Shown: one piece after another, positions 29,923 to 38,497 of the stretch | Position numbering within the stretch: the stretch's first letter is position 1 | How the letters are laid out: every line of letters begins with the position of its first letter | Assembly: GCA_019309485.1 (NCBI GenBank) | Contig: JAFDGC010000001.1 | Location: forward strand, 81,772-145,771 | Length of the DNA stretch: 64,000 bases | Reading direction: 5' to 3' | DNA from: Deltaproteobacteria bacterium | GTDB lineage: Bacteria; Desulfobacterota; Desulfobacteria; Desulfobacterales; UBA2156 | Made by a program: the position numbers and the translations under genes | Notes under the pieces: generated by a model | What the model was told of the DNA's origin: nothing | Seen by the model: only the letters and a program-made list of their open reading frames with translations | The model's database searches: none

Positions 29923-30410
29923 GCGTCGATGACGCCCCGCTCCAGGTTCGTAAAGATCTCGCCGCCCGGGGTCAACACCACGGTCCCGCCAGCACCGGCC
30001 ACCACTTTTCCGCCCGGGCCTGGAATCCGCATCTTGAGCCCTTTGAAATCGTCGATGGTGTTGTTTTTTTTATTGAACCAGCCGCCCATTTGAACGCCGG
30101 TGGAGCCCCCGGCCGGGGGACCAGGTTGAAGGGCGCATAAATTTCTTCCCACAGCTTCAGGCCGTCGCCGCCGTGAAGCCACGCGGCCAGACCCTGGGCG
30201 TTCATGCCGAAGGGGACCGCCGCAAACCACTGGGTGGCCGGTTCCTTTCCCGCCCAGTAATAGGATGCCCCGCTTCCCGCTTCCACCGTGCCGTCGGAAA
30301 CGGCCTGGAAGCTTTCCAGTTCACTACGAATCGAAAGGGAATCCCCCCCGGGTCCGGTGATCCTTCCACGATGGCCCAGGAATTGGCCACGAACTTCCAG
30401 GAGGTCAAAA
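29923..30410 (-). pseudogene. TRAP substrate-binding protein (DctP/TakP-like) remnant
   Basis: [21 protein letters not shown], then a frameshift into [31 protein letters not shown]; truncated at both ends. Confidence 0.88.
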
Positions 30411-30560
30411 CCACCATGACGCAACCGGGGATCAAAAAAAGAACGCGTTTTTCCGGTAATTCTTGATCCCAAGGCCGGTTTAGGATACGAAAGTATTCAA
30501 TGACAGGCATATCCGTTATGGAATGTCATTTTAAAACCATTGAATCGAGGAAATCCAGAG

Positions 30561-32435
30561 ATGCCCACACGCGCCTATTGGGCCGACAATTATGTGGAAA
30601 AGCGCCGATCCGGAAAAGACGCCGTCCGAATGATCCGGCCGGGTCAACGGGTGTTCATCTCTTCTTCCTGCGGCGAACCGCAGCATCTGGTGCGCCTGCT
30701 GGCGGAAGAATCCCCCCGTTTCCCGGACATCGAGATCGTCCGGCTCTTCAGCATGGAAAGCGTCCCCTTGTCCCTGATCGCCACCAAAGGGGAAGGCCAT
30801 GGCCTGGCCATCCGTTCCTTTTATCTGGGGTCGGCCACGGCAAAAGGCATCGAGAGGAACAAGCGCTTTGTCACTCCCGTCAATCTTTCAGCCATCCCCA
30901 AGCTCTTCAAAACGCGGCGGATGCCCATCCACGTGGCCCTGATCCAGACCACCCCGCCGGACGATTTCGGATGGCTCAGCCTCGGCGTCTCCGTGGACAT
31001 CACGATGGCGGCGGCCACCTCCGCCGACCTTGTCATCGCCCAGGTGAATTCCAGGATGCCCCGGGTTTTAGGGAGAAGCTTCATCCATGTCAATGACGTG
31101 GATGTGATCGTAGAACACGACGAACCCCTCCTCACCCTCGGCCGCCAACCCGAACTCGAAGCCGCCAACGTCATCGGGAGGCAGGTGACCCGCCTTGTGG
31201 ACGACGGCTCCACCATTCACATCAGCATCGGCGCCACCCACCAGGCCACCCTTTTGGGGCTTTCCCAAAAAAACGATCTCGGGGTCCATTCCCAGTACAT
31301 CACGGATGACATCCTGCATCTTTTCGCCATGGGGGTGATTACCAATCAGAAGAAGGGATTCAATGAGGGAAAGCTCGTGGCCAGCTCCGCCTTGGGATCG
31401 GAAAACCTTTACGAATTCTTAAACGACAACCCGGCCATCGAATTTCAACCGTCCGATTACGTCAACGATCCGGCCATCATCGCCCGGCACCACAAAATGG
31501 TCTCCATGCACGTGGCCATGGCCATGGATCTCACCGGGCAGGTGGCCGCCGACGCGCTTCCCCACAACAATTTTTCCGGCGTCAACGGCATGCTCGACTT
31601 TGTGAGAGGATCGGCCCGTTCCGAGGGCGGAAAATCGATTCTCATGCTCACTTCCACGTCGAGAGACGGAAAGAAAAGCCGCATCGTGCCGAATCTTTCC
31701 GACGCCGCCGTCGTGGTCCCCCGGGGGGATGTCCAGTATGTGATCACCGAGTACGGGGCCGTCAACCTCTTCGGAAAGAGCCTCCAGGAAAGGGCCATGG
31801 CCATGATCAGCATCGCCCATCCCGATTTCCGGGACGAGCTTTTTTTCGAAGCCAAGAAGATGGGGCTCTTCGACGCAGGAAGAAAGCTTCCCGACTTCAC
31901 CCGAGGGGTCTACCCCCTGAAGCTCGAAGAGACCCGTAAAATCGACGACCGGGAGGTGGTCATTCGGCCGGCAAAACCCGTGGATGTCCGGCGGATCCAG
32001 GAACATTTCTATTCCCTGGAAAAAGAAGACATCGTCTCACGCTTTTTTTATGAAAAGTCGGCCTTCATGCGGGATGAAATCGAGGGCCTGTCCCAGATCG
32101 ACTATATCAACGATCTGACCCTTGTCGCCCTGGTGGGGGAATTCGGGTTCGGACGGGTGGTGGGCATCGGGGAGTATCTCCTGGATCCGGCCAAAAACAT
32201 CGCTGAGGTGGCCTTTTCCATCAGCAAAGACTTCCAGGGCAAGGGCCTGGGAAAAATCCTGATGAAAAAACTGGCCGAAGCCGCCAGGGAAAACGGCATC
32301 GCCGGTTTTATCGCCTATACGAGCCCTCAAAACAAGGGCATGATTCACCTGTTCAAGACATTGCCCTACAAAGTGCACACCACCTTCGACAGCGACGTCC
32401 TGGTACTGACCTGCCGGTTCGACGAGCCGAAATGA
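30561..32435 (+). CDS. acetyl-CoA hydrolase/CoA-transferase-like domain fused to a GNAT acetyltransferase
   Basis: CGEP, SLGVSVD, NxxMPR, DLTGQV, SRIVP and TEYG; the C-terminal GNAT has AEVAF..FQGKGLG..N..M. Confidence 0.9.
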   Translation: MPTRAYWADNYVEKRRSGKDAVRMIRPGQRVFISSSCGEPQHLVRLLAEESPRFPDIEIVRLFSMESVPLSLIATKGEGHGLAIRSFYLGSATAKGIERNKRFVTPVNLSAIPKLFKTRRMPIHVALIQTTPPDDFGWLSLGVSVDITMAAATSADLVIAQVNSRMPRVLGRSFIHVNDVDVIVEHDEPLLTLGRQPELEAANVIGRQVTRLVDDGSTIHISIGATHQATLLGLSQKNDLGVHSQYITDDILHLFAMGVITNQKKGFNEGKLVASSALGSENLYEFLNDNPAIEFQPSDYVNDPAIIARHHKMVSMHVAMAMDLTGQVAADALPHNNFSGVNGMLDFVRGSARSEGGKSILMLTSTSRDGKKSRIVPNLSDAAVVVPRGDVQYVITEYGAVNLFGKSLQERAMAMISIAHPDFRDELFFEAKKMGLFDAGRKLPDFTRGVYPLKLEETRKIDDREVVIRPAKPVDVRRIQEHFYSLEKEDIVSRFFYEKSAFMRDEIEGLSQIDYINDLTLVALVGEFGFGRVVGIGEYLLDPAKNIAEVAFSISKDFQGKGLGKILMKKLAEAARENGIAGFIAYTSPQNKGMIHLFKTLPYKVHTTFDSDVLVLTCRFDEPK

Positions 32436-32514
32436 CCCCAATGTTTTTTATACAACATTGGGGATAACCCCGGGGACACATCGGATTCATTATAGACAAG
32501 AGTGGAAAGTTATC

Positions 32515-34464
32515 ATGCATAAGATTCTTTTTTTGCCGCATCAAAAAGAAATCCAGGTGAAGGACAAAGAGGTTCTCCTCCGGGCCGCCATGGAGGCCGG
32601 GGTGCATATCAATGCCTCCTGCGGCGGAGCCGGGGTCTGCGGAAAATGCCGCGTCCTCATCGAAGAAGGACAAGTGGAAGGCGGAATCTCCGAGAAGCTG
32701 AGCAAAGAAGACCTGGAAAAGGGTTACCGGCAGGCGTGTCTGGCTGCCGTCGTCAGCGACCTGGTGATCCGCGTGCCGGTGGAATCCGCCATCGACGCCG
32801 AAGTGCTGAACCTGGCGGCCGTACCCCGGAAAACCGCCCGCATCCAGGAAATGAATCTGGATCAACTCAAGGAGAAGGGGCTTTTCGTCCCGCCGGTGGA
32901 AAAGAAATATCTGGAATTGATCCCCCCTTCGGCCCAGGACAACCTTCCGGATACCACCCGGCTTTTGAGTTTTTTGAAGCTGGTCCATGACGAGCACCGC
33001 CTGGAAGTGGATCTGTCCGTGCTCCGGAAGATCCCGGACGTCTTGAGGGAGCAAGACTTCAAGGTCACCGCTGTTCTGGCCCGCCCCGTCCGGGAAAAAG
33101 ACGGACGGACCCGCATCATCAACGTCCAGCCCGGCGACACCACGGATCACAACTACGCCATTGCCATGGACATCGGGACCACGACCATTTACGGCCAACT
33201 CCTCAACCTGAGAACCGGTGACGTCCTGGCCCAGTACGGCGATTTCAACGGCCAGATCAGTTACGGAGAAGACGTGATCAGCCGCATCGTCTACGCGGAA
33301 AAACCGGGGGGACTGGAGAAACTGCATCAGGTGGTCATCGAGACCGTGAACAAGATTATCTTAAGGCTTTTCCGTCATGCCCGTATCGACACGGAGGCCG
33401 TTTCCACCATCACCCTCGCCGGCAACACCACCATGACCCAGCTTTTCTTGAAGATCAATCCCCGGTATATCCGGAGATCTCCCTACGTACCGGCGTCCAC
33501 GCTCTTTCCCCCCATCCGGGCCGTGGACCTGGGTCTCGCCGTGGGGGACCACGTGACGGCGCTTTTTTACCCCGCACTCTCCAGTTATGTGGGGGGGGAT
33601 ATCGTCTCCGGCGTCATGGGCTCCGGCATGTACCGGTCGGAGGCGCTGGCCCTGTTCATGGACATCGGGACCAATGCCGAAATCGTCATCGGAAACAAGG
33701 ATTGGCTCGCCTGCGCCGCCTGCTCCGCGGGCCCGGCCTTTGAAGGGGGCGGCATCCGGTTCGGCATGCGCGCCACCAAAGGCGCCATCGAAGATTTTTC
33801 CATCGATCCCGTCACACTGGAACCCATGTTCATCACTATCGGGAACGTCAAACCCAAGGGGATCTGTGGTTCCGGGTTGATCTCGGTGGTGGCCACGCTT
33901 CTGGAAACCGGCGTGATCAGCAACGACGGAAAATTCAACCGGGACCTCAAGACCCCCCGTGTCCGCGCCGTGGACGGGATATGGGAATATGTCTTGGCTT
34001 TTAAAGACGAAACCCAGATCGACCGGGACATCACCCTGTCGGAACCGGATATCGACAACCTCATCCGGGCCAAAGGCGCCCTGTTCAGCGGGTGCATGAC
34101 CCTTCTGGAAGAGGTGGGCCTTTCCATCAAAGATGTGGAGCAAATATATCTTGCCGGCGGTTTCGGGAGCTATGTGGACCTGGAAAAGGCGATGACCATC
34201 GGCCTGTTGCCCGAGACGGACCCGGATAAGGTCCGTTATGTGGGAAACGGATCCCTCATGGGGGCAAAGATGAGCGCCTTGACCAACCGGATCCGGCGCG
34301 ATGTGGTGGAAGTGACCCGGAAAATGACCAATTTCGAACTCAGCGAAACCACTTCCTACATGGACCACTATATCGCGGCCCTTTTTTTGCCGCACACGGA
34401 CCTGGAACATTTCCCCCGGCTCAAGACCCGGCTGGAAGCCCGAAAATCCCTCCGAACCGGATGA
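32515..34464 (+). CDS. acsV: reductive activator of corrinoid Fe-S protein (RACo/AcsV; 2Fe-2S plus ASKHA)
   Basis: CGGAGVCGKC..RQAC, DIGTTT, YGEDVISRI, DIGTNAE, AGPAFEG, GICGSG and LAGGFG. Confidence 0.92.
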   Translation: MHKILFLPHQKEIQVKDKEVLLRAAMEAGVHINASCGGAGVCGKCRVLIEEGQVEGGISEKLSKEDLEKGYRQACLAAVVSDLVIRVPVESAIDAEVLNLAAVPRKTARIQEMNLDQLKEKGLFVPPVEKKYLELIPPSAQDNLPDTTRLLSFLKLVHDEHRLEVDLSVLRKIPDVLREQDFKVTAVLARPVREKDGRTRIINVQPGDTTDHNYAIAMDIGTTTIYGQLLNLRTGDVLAQYGDFNGQISYGEDVISRIVYAEKPGGLEKLHQVVIETVNKIILRLFRHARIDTEAVSTITLAGNTTMTQLFLKINPRYIRRSPYVPASTLFPPIRAVDLGLAVGDHVTALFYPALSSYVGGDIVSGVMGSGMYRSEALALFMDIGTNAEIVIGNKDWLACAACSAGPAFEGGGIRFGMRATKGAIEDFSIDPVTLEPMFITIGNVKPKGICGSGLISVVATLLETGVISNDGKFNRDLKTPRVRAVDGIWEYVLAFKDETQIDRDITLSEPDIDNLIRAKGALFSGCMTLLEEVGLSIKDVEQIYLAGGFGSYVDLEKAMTIGLLPETDPDKVRYVGNGSLMGAKMSALTNRIRRDVVEVTRKMTNFELSETTSYMDHYIAALFLPHTDLEHFPRLKTRLEARKSLRTG

Positions 34465-34507
34465 ATTCACGACAAAAAATTAAATCTCATTCAGCCTGTT
34501 TAACCTG

Positions 34508-34536
34508 TTGACAACTTCATCCTCCCCATATAAAAG
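34508..34536 (+). promoter_or_regulatory. putative sigma70 promoter of the acs operon
   Basis: TTGACA at 34508 followed 15-17 bp later by an AT-rich TATAAA/TAAAAG -10 candidate. Confidence 0.4.
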
Positions 34537-34759
34537 GTATCCTTTGGTCACGGGTGTGATCCATCCCCGGATAGACTTTTTTCCCGGTCGCCCAGAAGGC
34601 GCCGGATGATCCCGACGGGTATGAAACGGCCCGGTTCAGGGCCTAGCATATCGAAATCCAAGGCAAGAAAGGAGGCGAATTACGGCGAACAACACGAGCA
34701 GCATGGCATTGTAAGCGATCATTAACGTCAACCTTCAACACTGTCATGAGGAGGGAACA

Positions 34760-36325
34760 TTGGGCTTTGAATTTTATAAAGAAAGTTACACCGGCAAGAT
34801 CAAGGAGATCGTAATCGGCCAAGGCGATACGTCGGTGAAGGTGGGGGGGCAGACGTGCTACCCCTTCTACCTGTTCGAAGGGGAGATGCCCAATCGGCCC
34901 AAAATCGCCATGGAAGTCTGGGACATGGAACCCGAAGACTGGCCGGAATCCGTTCTTGTCCATTTCAAGGACGTGGTCTCGGACCCGGCGGCGTGGGCAA
35001 AAAAATGCGTGGAGACCTTCGGCGCCGAACTCATCGTTCTCCAACTCAAGAGCATTGATCCCAACGGGCAAAACGCCAGCCCGGAAGAAGCATCCCAAAC
35101 GGTGCAAAAGGTGTGTGACGCCGTCAAGGTGCCGTTGATCCTCTGGGGATCGGCCAATCCGCAAAAAGACGAAGAAGTCTTCAAAAAAGTGGCCGAAGAC
35201 ACCCAGGGGAAAGCCATCACCATCGGTCCCGTGGAAGACAAAAACCACAAAGGGATCGGTGCGGCGGCCCTGGGGTACGGACAAACCCTCATCGCTTCCT
35301 CCCCCATCGACGTCAACCTGGCAAAACAGGTCAATATCCTTCTTGAAAACCTGGGGATGTCCACGGACAAGATGCTCATCGATCCCACCACCGGCGGGTT
35401 GGGATACGGCTTGGAATATTCTTACTCCGTAATGGAGCGGATCCGCATGGCCGCCCTGACCCAGGGGGATGATAAACTGCAGCTTCCCATCATCAACAAC
35501 CTGGGCAACGAAGTATGGAAGTGCAAGGAGGCCAAGGAAACGGCGGAAGACGCGCCCACCCTCGGGGATCCCGAAAAGCGGGGCGTCCTCATGGAAGCCG
35601 TGGGGGCGATCAGTTACCTGATGGCCGGATCCGACATTTTGATCATGCGGCACCCTGAATCCATCCGCATGGTCAAGGCGTTCATCGACCTGGCCATGGA
35701 CGGCGGTGCCGCAAAGGATGTGGCCGGTATCCAAAAGGCGCTTGGCGAAGTTGCCATCGATTATGCCGCCCTGGCGCCGGAACCGGATTTGACCATCGAA
35801 GCGGAAAAAGAGAAAAAAGCGGCGCCAGCTGAAAAGAAGGCGCCCCCCAAGGCCGCGGAAGCGCCCAAGGCCGCCCCGAAGAAGGCGGAAGCGCCGCCCA
35901 AAGCGCCTGAAAAAGAGGCGGTGAAACCCAAGGCGGAAGCCGCGCCCGCCCCTGCGGAAGACCCGGAAGCAAAGGCCAGGGCGGAAGCCGAAGCCAAAGC
36001 AAAGGCGGAGGCCGAAGCAAAGGCCAAGGCGGAGGCGGAAGCCAAAGCCAAGGCAGACGCCGAAGCCAAGGCCAGGGCGGAAGAAGAGGCCAAAGCCAAA
36101 GCCGAAGCGGACGCCAAGGCCAAGGCGGAAGAAGAGGCCCGGGCCAAGCGGGAAGCGGAAGAGGAAGCGATCCGCGCCCAACGGGCCAAAGAAAGGGAAG
36201 CCCTGTCCGCCCAGCGGGCCGCGGTAAAAAAAGCGAAAGTCCCCGCCACCCCCGCGCCGGAACAAAAATCCATGACGGACAAGCTCATCGAGCGCTTAAA
36301 CCGGATTCACCGGCGGGTGGCGTGA
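34760..36325 (+). CDS. acsD: corrinoid iron-sulfur protein small subunit with long C-terminal extension
   Basis: PFYLFEG, AMEVWD, SSPIDVNLAKQ.N, DPTTG.LGYGLEYSY..MERIR.AAL and MRHP. TTG start follows GAGGAGGG. Confidence 0.95.
   Translation: MGFEFYKESYTGKIKEIVIGQGDTSVKVGGQTCYPFYLFEGEMPNRPKIAMEVWDMEPEDWPESVLVHFKDVVSDPAAWAKKCVETFGAELIVLQLKSIDPNGQNASPEEASQTVQKVCDAVKVPLILWGSANPQKDEEVFKKVAEDTQGKAITIGPVEDKNHKGIGAAALGYGQTLIASSPIDVNLAKQVNILLENLGMSTDKMLIDPTTGGLGYGLEYSYSVMERIRMAALTQGDDKLQLPIINNLGNEVWKCKEAKETAEDAPTLGDPEKRGVLMEAVGAISYLMAGSDILIMRHPESIRMVKAFIDLAMDGGAAKDVAGIQKALGEVAIDYAALAPEPDLTIEAEKEKKAAPAEKKAPPKAAEAPKAAPKKAEAPPKAPEKEAVKPKAEAAPAPAEDPEAKARAEAEAKAKAEAEAKAKAEAEAKAKADAEAKARAEEEAKAKAEADAKAKAEEEARAKREAEEEAIRAQRAKEREALSAQRAAVKKAKVPATPAPEQKSMTDKLIERLNRIHRRVA
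35966..36160 (+). repeat. degenerate 24-bp coding tandem repeat (AEAEAKAK-like units)
   Basis: Visible in both the DNA and the protein of the acsD tail. Confidence 0.85.
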
Positions 36326-36409
36326 TGGATCAACCGTATCGGACAGCGGAAACCGCTTATAATTTTAGACGATTTCAAAACATATTTTAATCACGAGGAG
36401 GAACCTCTA

Positions 36410-38446
36410 ATGGCAGAAGTGACCAAGGAAACAACCAAGGAAAAGGTAAAAAAGGTTGCGGATCCGGTTGCGTCATCCATCGATACGGCCACGCAGCAAA
36501 TGATCGCACGGGCACAGGAACTCGGCATCGACACGGTATTCGACCGTGCGGCCGCCATGAAGCCCTGCAACATCGGCACTCAGGGTATCTGTTGTAAGAA
36601 CTGTTCCATGGGGCCGTGCCGGCTCCCGCTCACCAAGGATGTGGATCCGGAAAACGACACCCGCAAGGGGCTTTGCGGCGCCACGCCCAACACCATCGCC
36701 GCCCGCAACTTCGCCCGCATGGTGGCAGGCGGCGCTGCCGCTCACAGCGACCACGGTCGATGCGTGGCGGAAGTCTTCATGTCTGTGGCTCGAAAAGAGT
36801 CCCACGACTATCAGATTAAAGATCCTCTGAAGCTTTTGGCCATCGCGCCCCACCTCGGCGTGGAAACCACCGTGGAAGAAAACGGCGAAGCCAAGGACCG
36901 CAACCTCGATGAGATCGCCCTCGAAGTGGCGGAAAAGGCCCTCGCCGAATGGGGAAAACCCGAGGGCGAATTGCTGTATCTGAAACGGGCCCCCGAGCTC
37001 CTATACGAGAAATGGAAGAAACACGGAGTCCTGCCGCGGAACATCGATCGGGAGATCGTGGAGATCATGCACCGCACCCATATGGGGGTGGACCAGGACT
37101 ACAAAAACATCGTCAAACAGTGCACCCGGGCGGCCATCGCAGACGGCTGGGGCGGTTCCATGCTGGCCACCGACCTGCAGGACGTCCTTTTCGGAACCCC
37201 CTATCCCCTTCAGAGCGAGGCGAACCTGGGGGTACTGAAGGCGGATCATGTCAACGTCGTCATCCACGGCCATGAGCCGGTGTTGTCCGAAATGATCGTG
37301 GCGGCGGCCCAAAGCCAGGAGATGCTCGACTACGCCAAGTCAAAAGGGGCCAAAGGGATCCAGCTCAGCGGAATATGCTGTACGGCAAACGAGATCCTGC
37401 AGCGTCACGGCGTTCCCCTCTGCGGCACATTCCTGCAGCAGGAACTGGCCATCATCACCGGTGCGGTGGATGCCATGGTGGTGGATATCCAGTGCATCTT
37501 CCAGAACCTGGCCAACGTGGCCAAGTGCTTCCACACCAAGCTCATCACCACCCATCCCATCGCCAGGATGGAACAGTCCAACGTGACCCACATCGAATTC
37601 GACGAACACCACGCCATGGAAGATGCCAAGCGGATCGTCAAAATGGCCATCGACAACTTCCAAAACCGGGGCAGCGAAGTCATGATCCCCAAGCAAAAAG
37701 CGGTCCAGATTGCCGGGTTCGGTGTGGAAAGCATCGAATACCACTTGGGGGGCACTTTCCGCGGGACCTTTTATACCCTCAACGACAATATCATCAACGG
37801 GCGCATCCGCGGGGTGGCCGGCGTGGTGGGCTGCAACAACGCCCGCACCCGCCACAACGAAGGACATATCGCCATCGTCAAGGAGCTCATCAAGAACGAT
37901 GTGATCGTGCTGACCACAGGGTGCAACGGCATCGCCTGCGCCATGGAGGGGCTTTTAACACCCGAGACCGCCGGCGTCTTTTGCGGCCCCGGACTCAAAG
38001 AAGTGTGCGAAACCGTGGGAATTCCGCCGGTACTCCACCTGGGATCCTGCGTGGACAACAGCCGGATCCTTTTGGCCGCCACGGAAGTCGTCAAGGCCGG
38101 CGGTCCCTGGAAAGACATCTCGGATCTCCCCGTCGCCGGAAGCGCACCCGAATGGATGAGCGAAAAGGCCATCAGTATCGGACACTATTTCGTCAGTTCC
38201 GGTGTTTACACGGTCTTCGGCGTGACACTTCCCGTTTCGGGGGCGCCCATCTTCCAGAAATACCTCTTTGAAGAATTGGAAAAAATGTACGGCGGGAAAT
38301 GGGATCTGGAAGCCGATCCCATCAAGCACGCCCAGAAGATGATCGCCCACATCGACGCCAAGCGGAAAGCCCTGGGCATCGATAAAGCCCGAGAGCGGCA
38401 GCTCATGGATATGGCGGACCGCATGAAGCTTGAAGCCACCGCATAA
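36410..38446 (+). CDS. cooS: Ni,Fe CO dehydrogenase catalytic subunit (AcsA/CooS)
   Basis: C-x7-CCxxCxMGPC, AAHSDH, HGH, CCTANE, GCNN, GSCVDNSR and SEKA. Confidence 0.97.
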   Translation: MAEVTKETTKEKVKKVADPVASSIDTATQQMIARAQELGIDTVFDRAAAMKPCNIGTQGICCKNCSMGPCRLPLTKDVDPENDTRKGLCGATPNTIAARNFARMVAGGAAAHSDHGRCVAEVFMSVARKESHDYQIKDPLKLLAIAPHLGVETTVEENGEAKDRNLDEIALEVAEKALAEWGKPEGELLYLKRAPELLYEKWKKHGVLPRNIDREIVEIMHRTHMGVDQDYKNIVKQCTRAAIADGWGGSMLATDLQDVLFGTPYPLQSEANLGVLKADHVNVVIHGHEPVLSEMIVAAAQSQEMLDYAKSKGAKGIQLSGICCTANEILQRHGVPLCGTFLQQELAIITGAVDAMVVDIQCIFQNLANVAKCFHTKLITTHPIARMEQSNVTHIEFDEHHAMEDAKRIVKMAIDNFQNRGSEVMIPKQKAVQIAGFGVESIEYHLGGTFRGTFYTLNDNIINGRIRGVAGVVGCNNARTRHNEGHIAIVKELIKNDVIVLTTGCNGIACAMEGLLTPETAGVFCGPGLKEVCETVGIPPVLHLGSCVDNSRILLAATEVVKAGGPWKDISDLPVAGSAPEWMSEKAISIGHYFVSSGVYTVFGVTLPVSGAPIFQKYLFEELEKMYGGKWDLEADPIKHAQKMIAHIDAKRKALGIDKARERQLMDMADRMKLEATA

Positions 38447-38497
38447 CCGGGATGACGGATCCCAACATCAAAGCCTCAATGAAGGAGGAAAGAAAAT

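Noticed and set aside
34540-34750. Cobalamin, ZTP or THF riboswitch upstream of acsD
   Set aside because: No B12 box or ZTP/THF core motifs could be recognised by eye.
35966-36160. CRISPR array or TolA gene
   Set aside because: These are degenerate in-frame coding repeats without spacers, inside acsD, with no TolA TM anchor or C-terminal domain.
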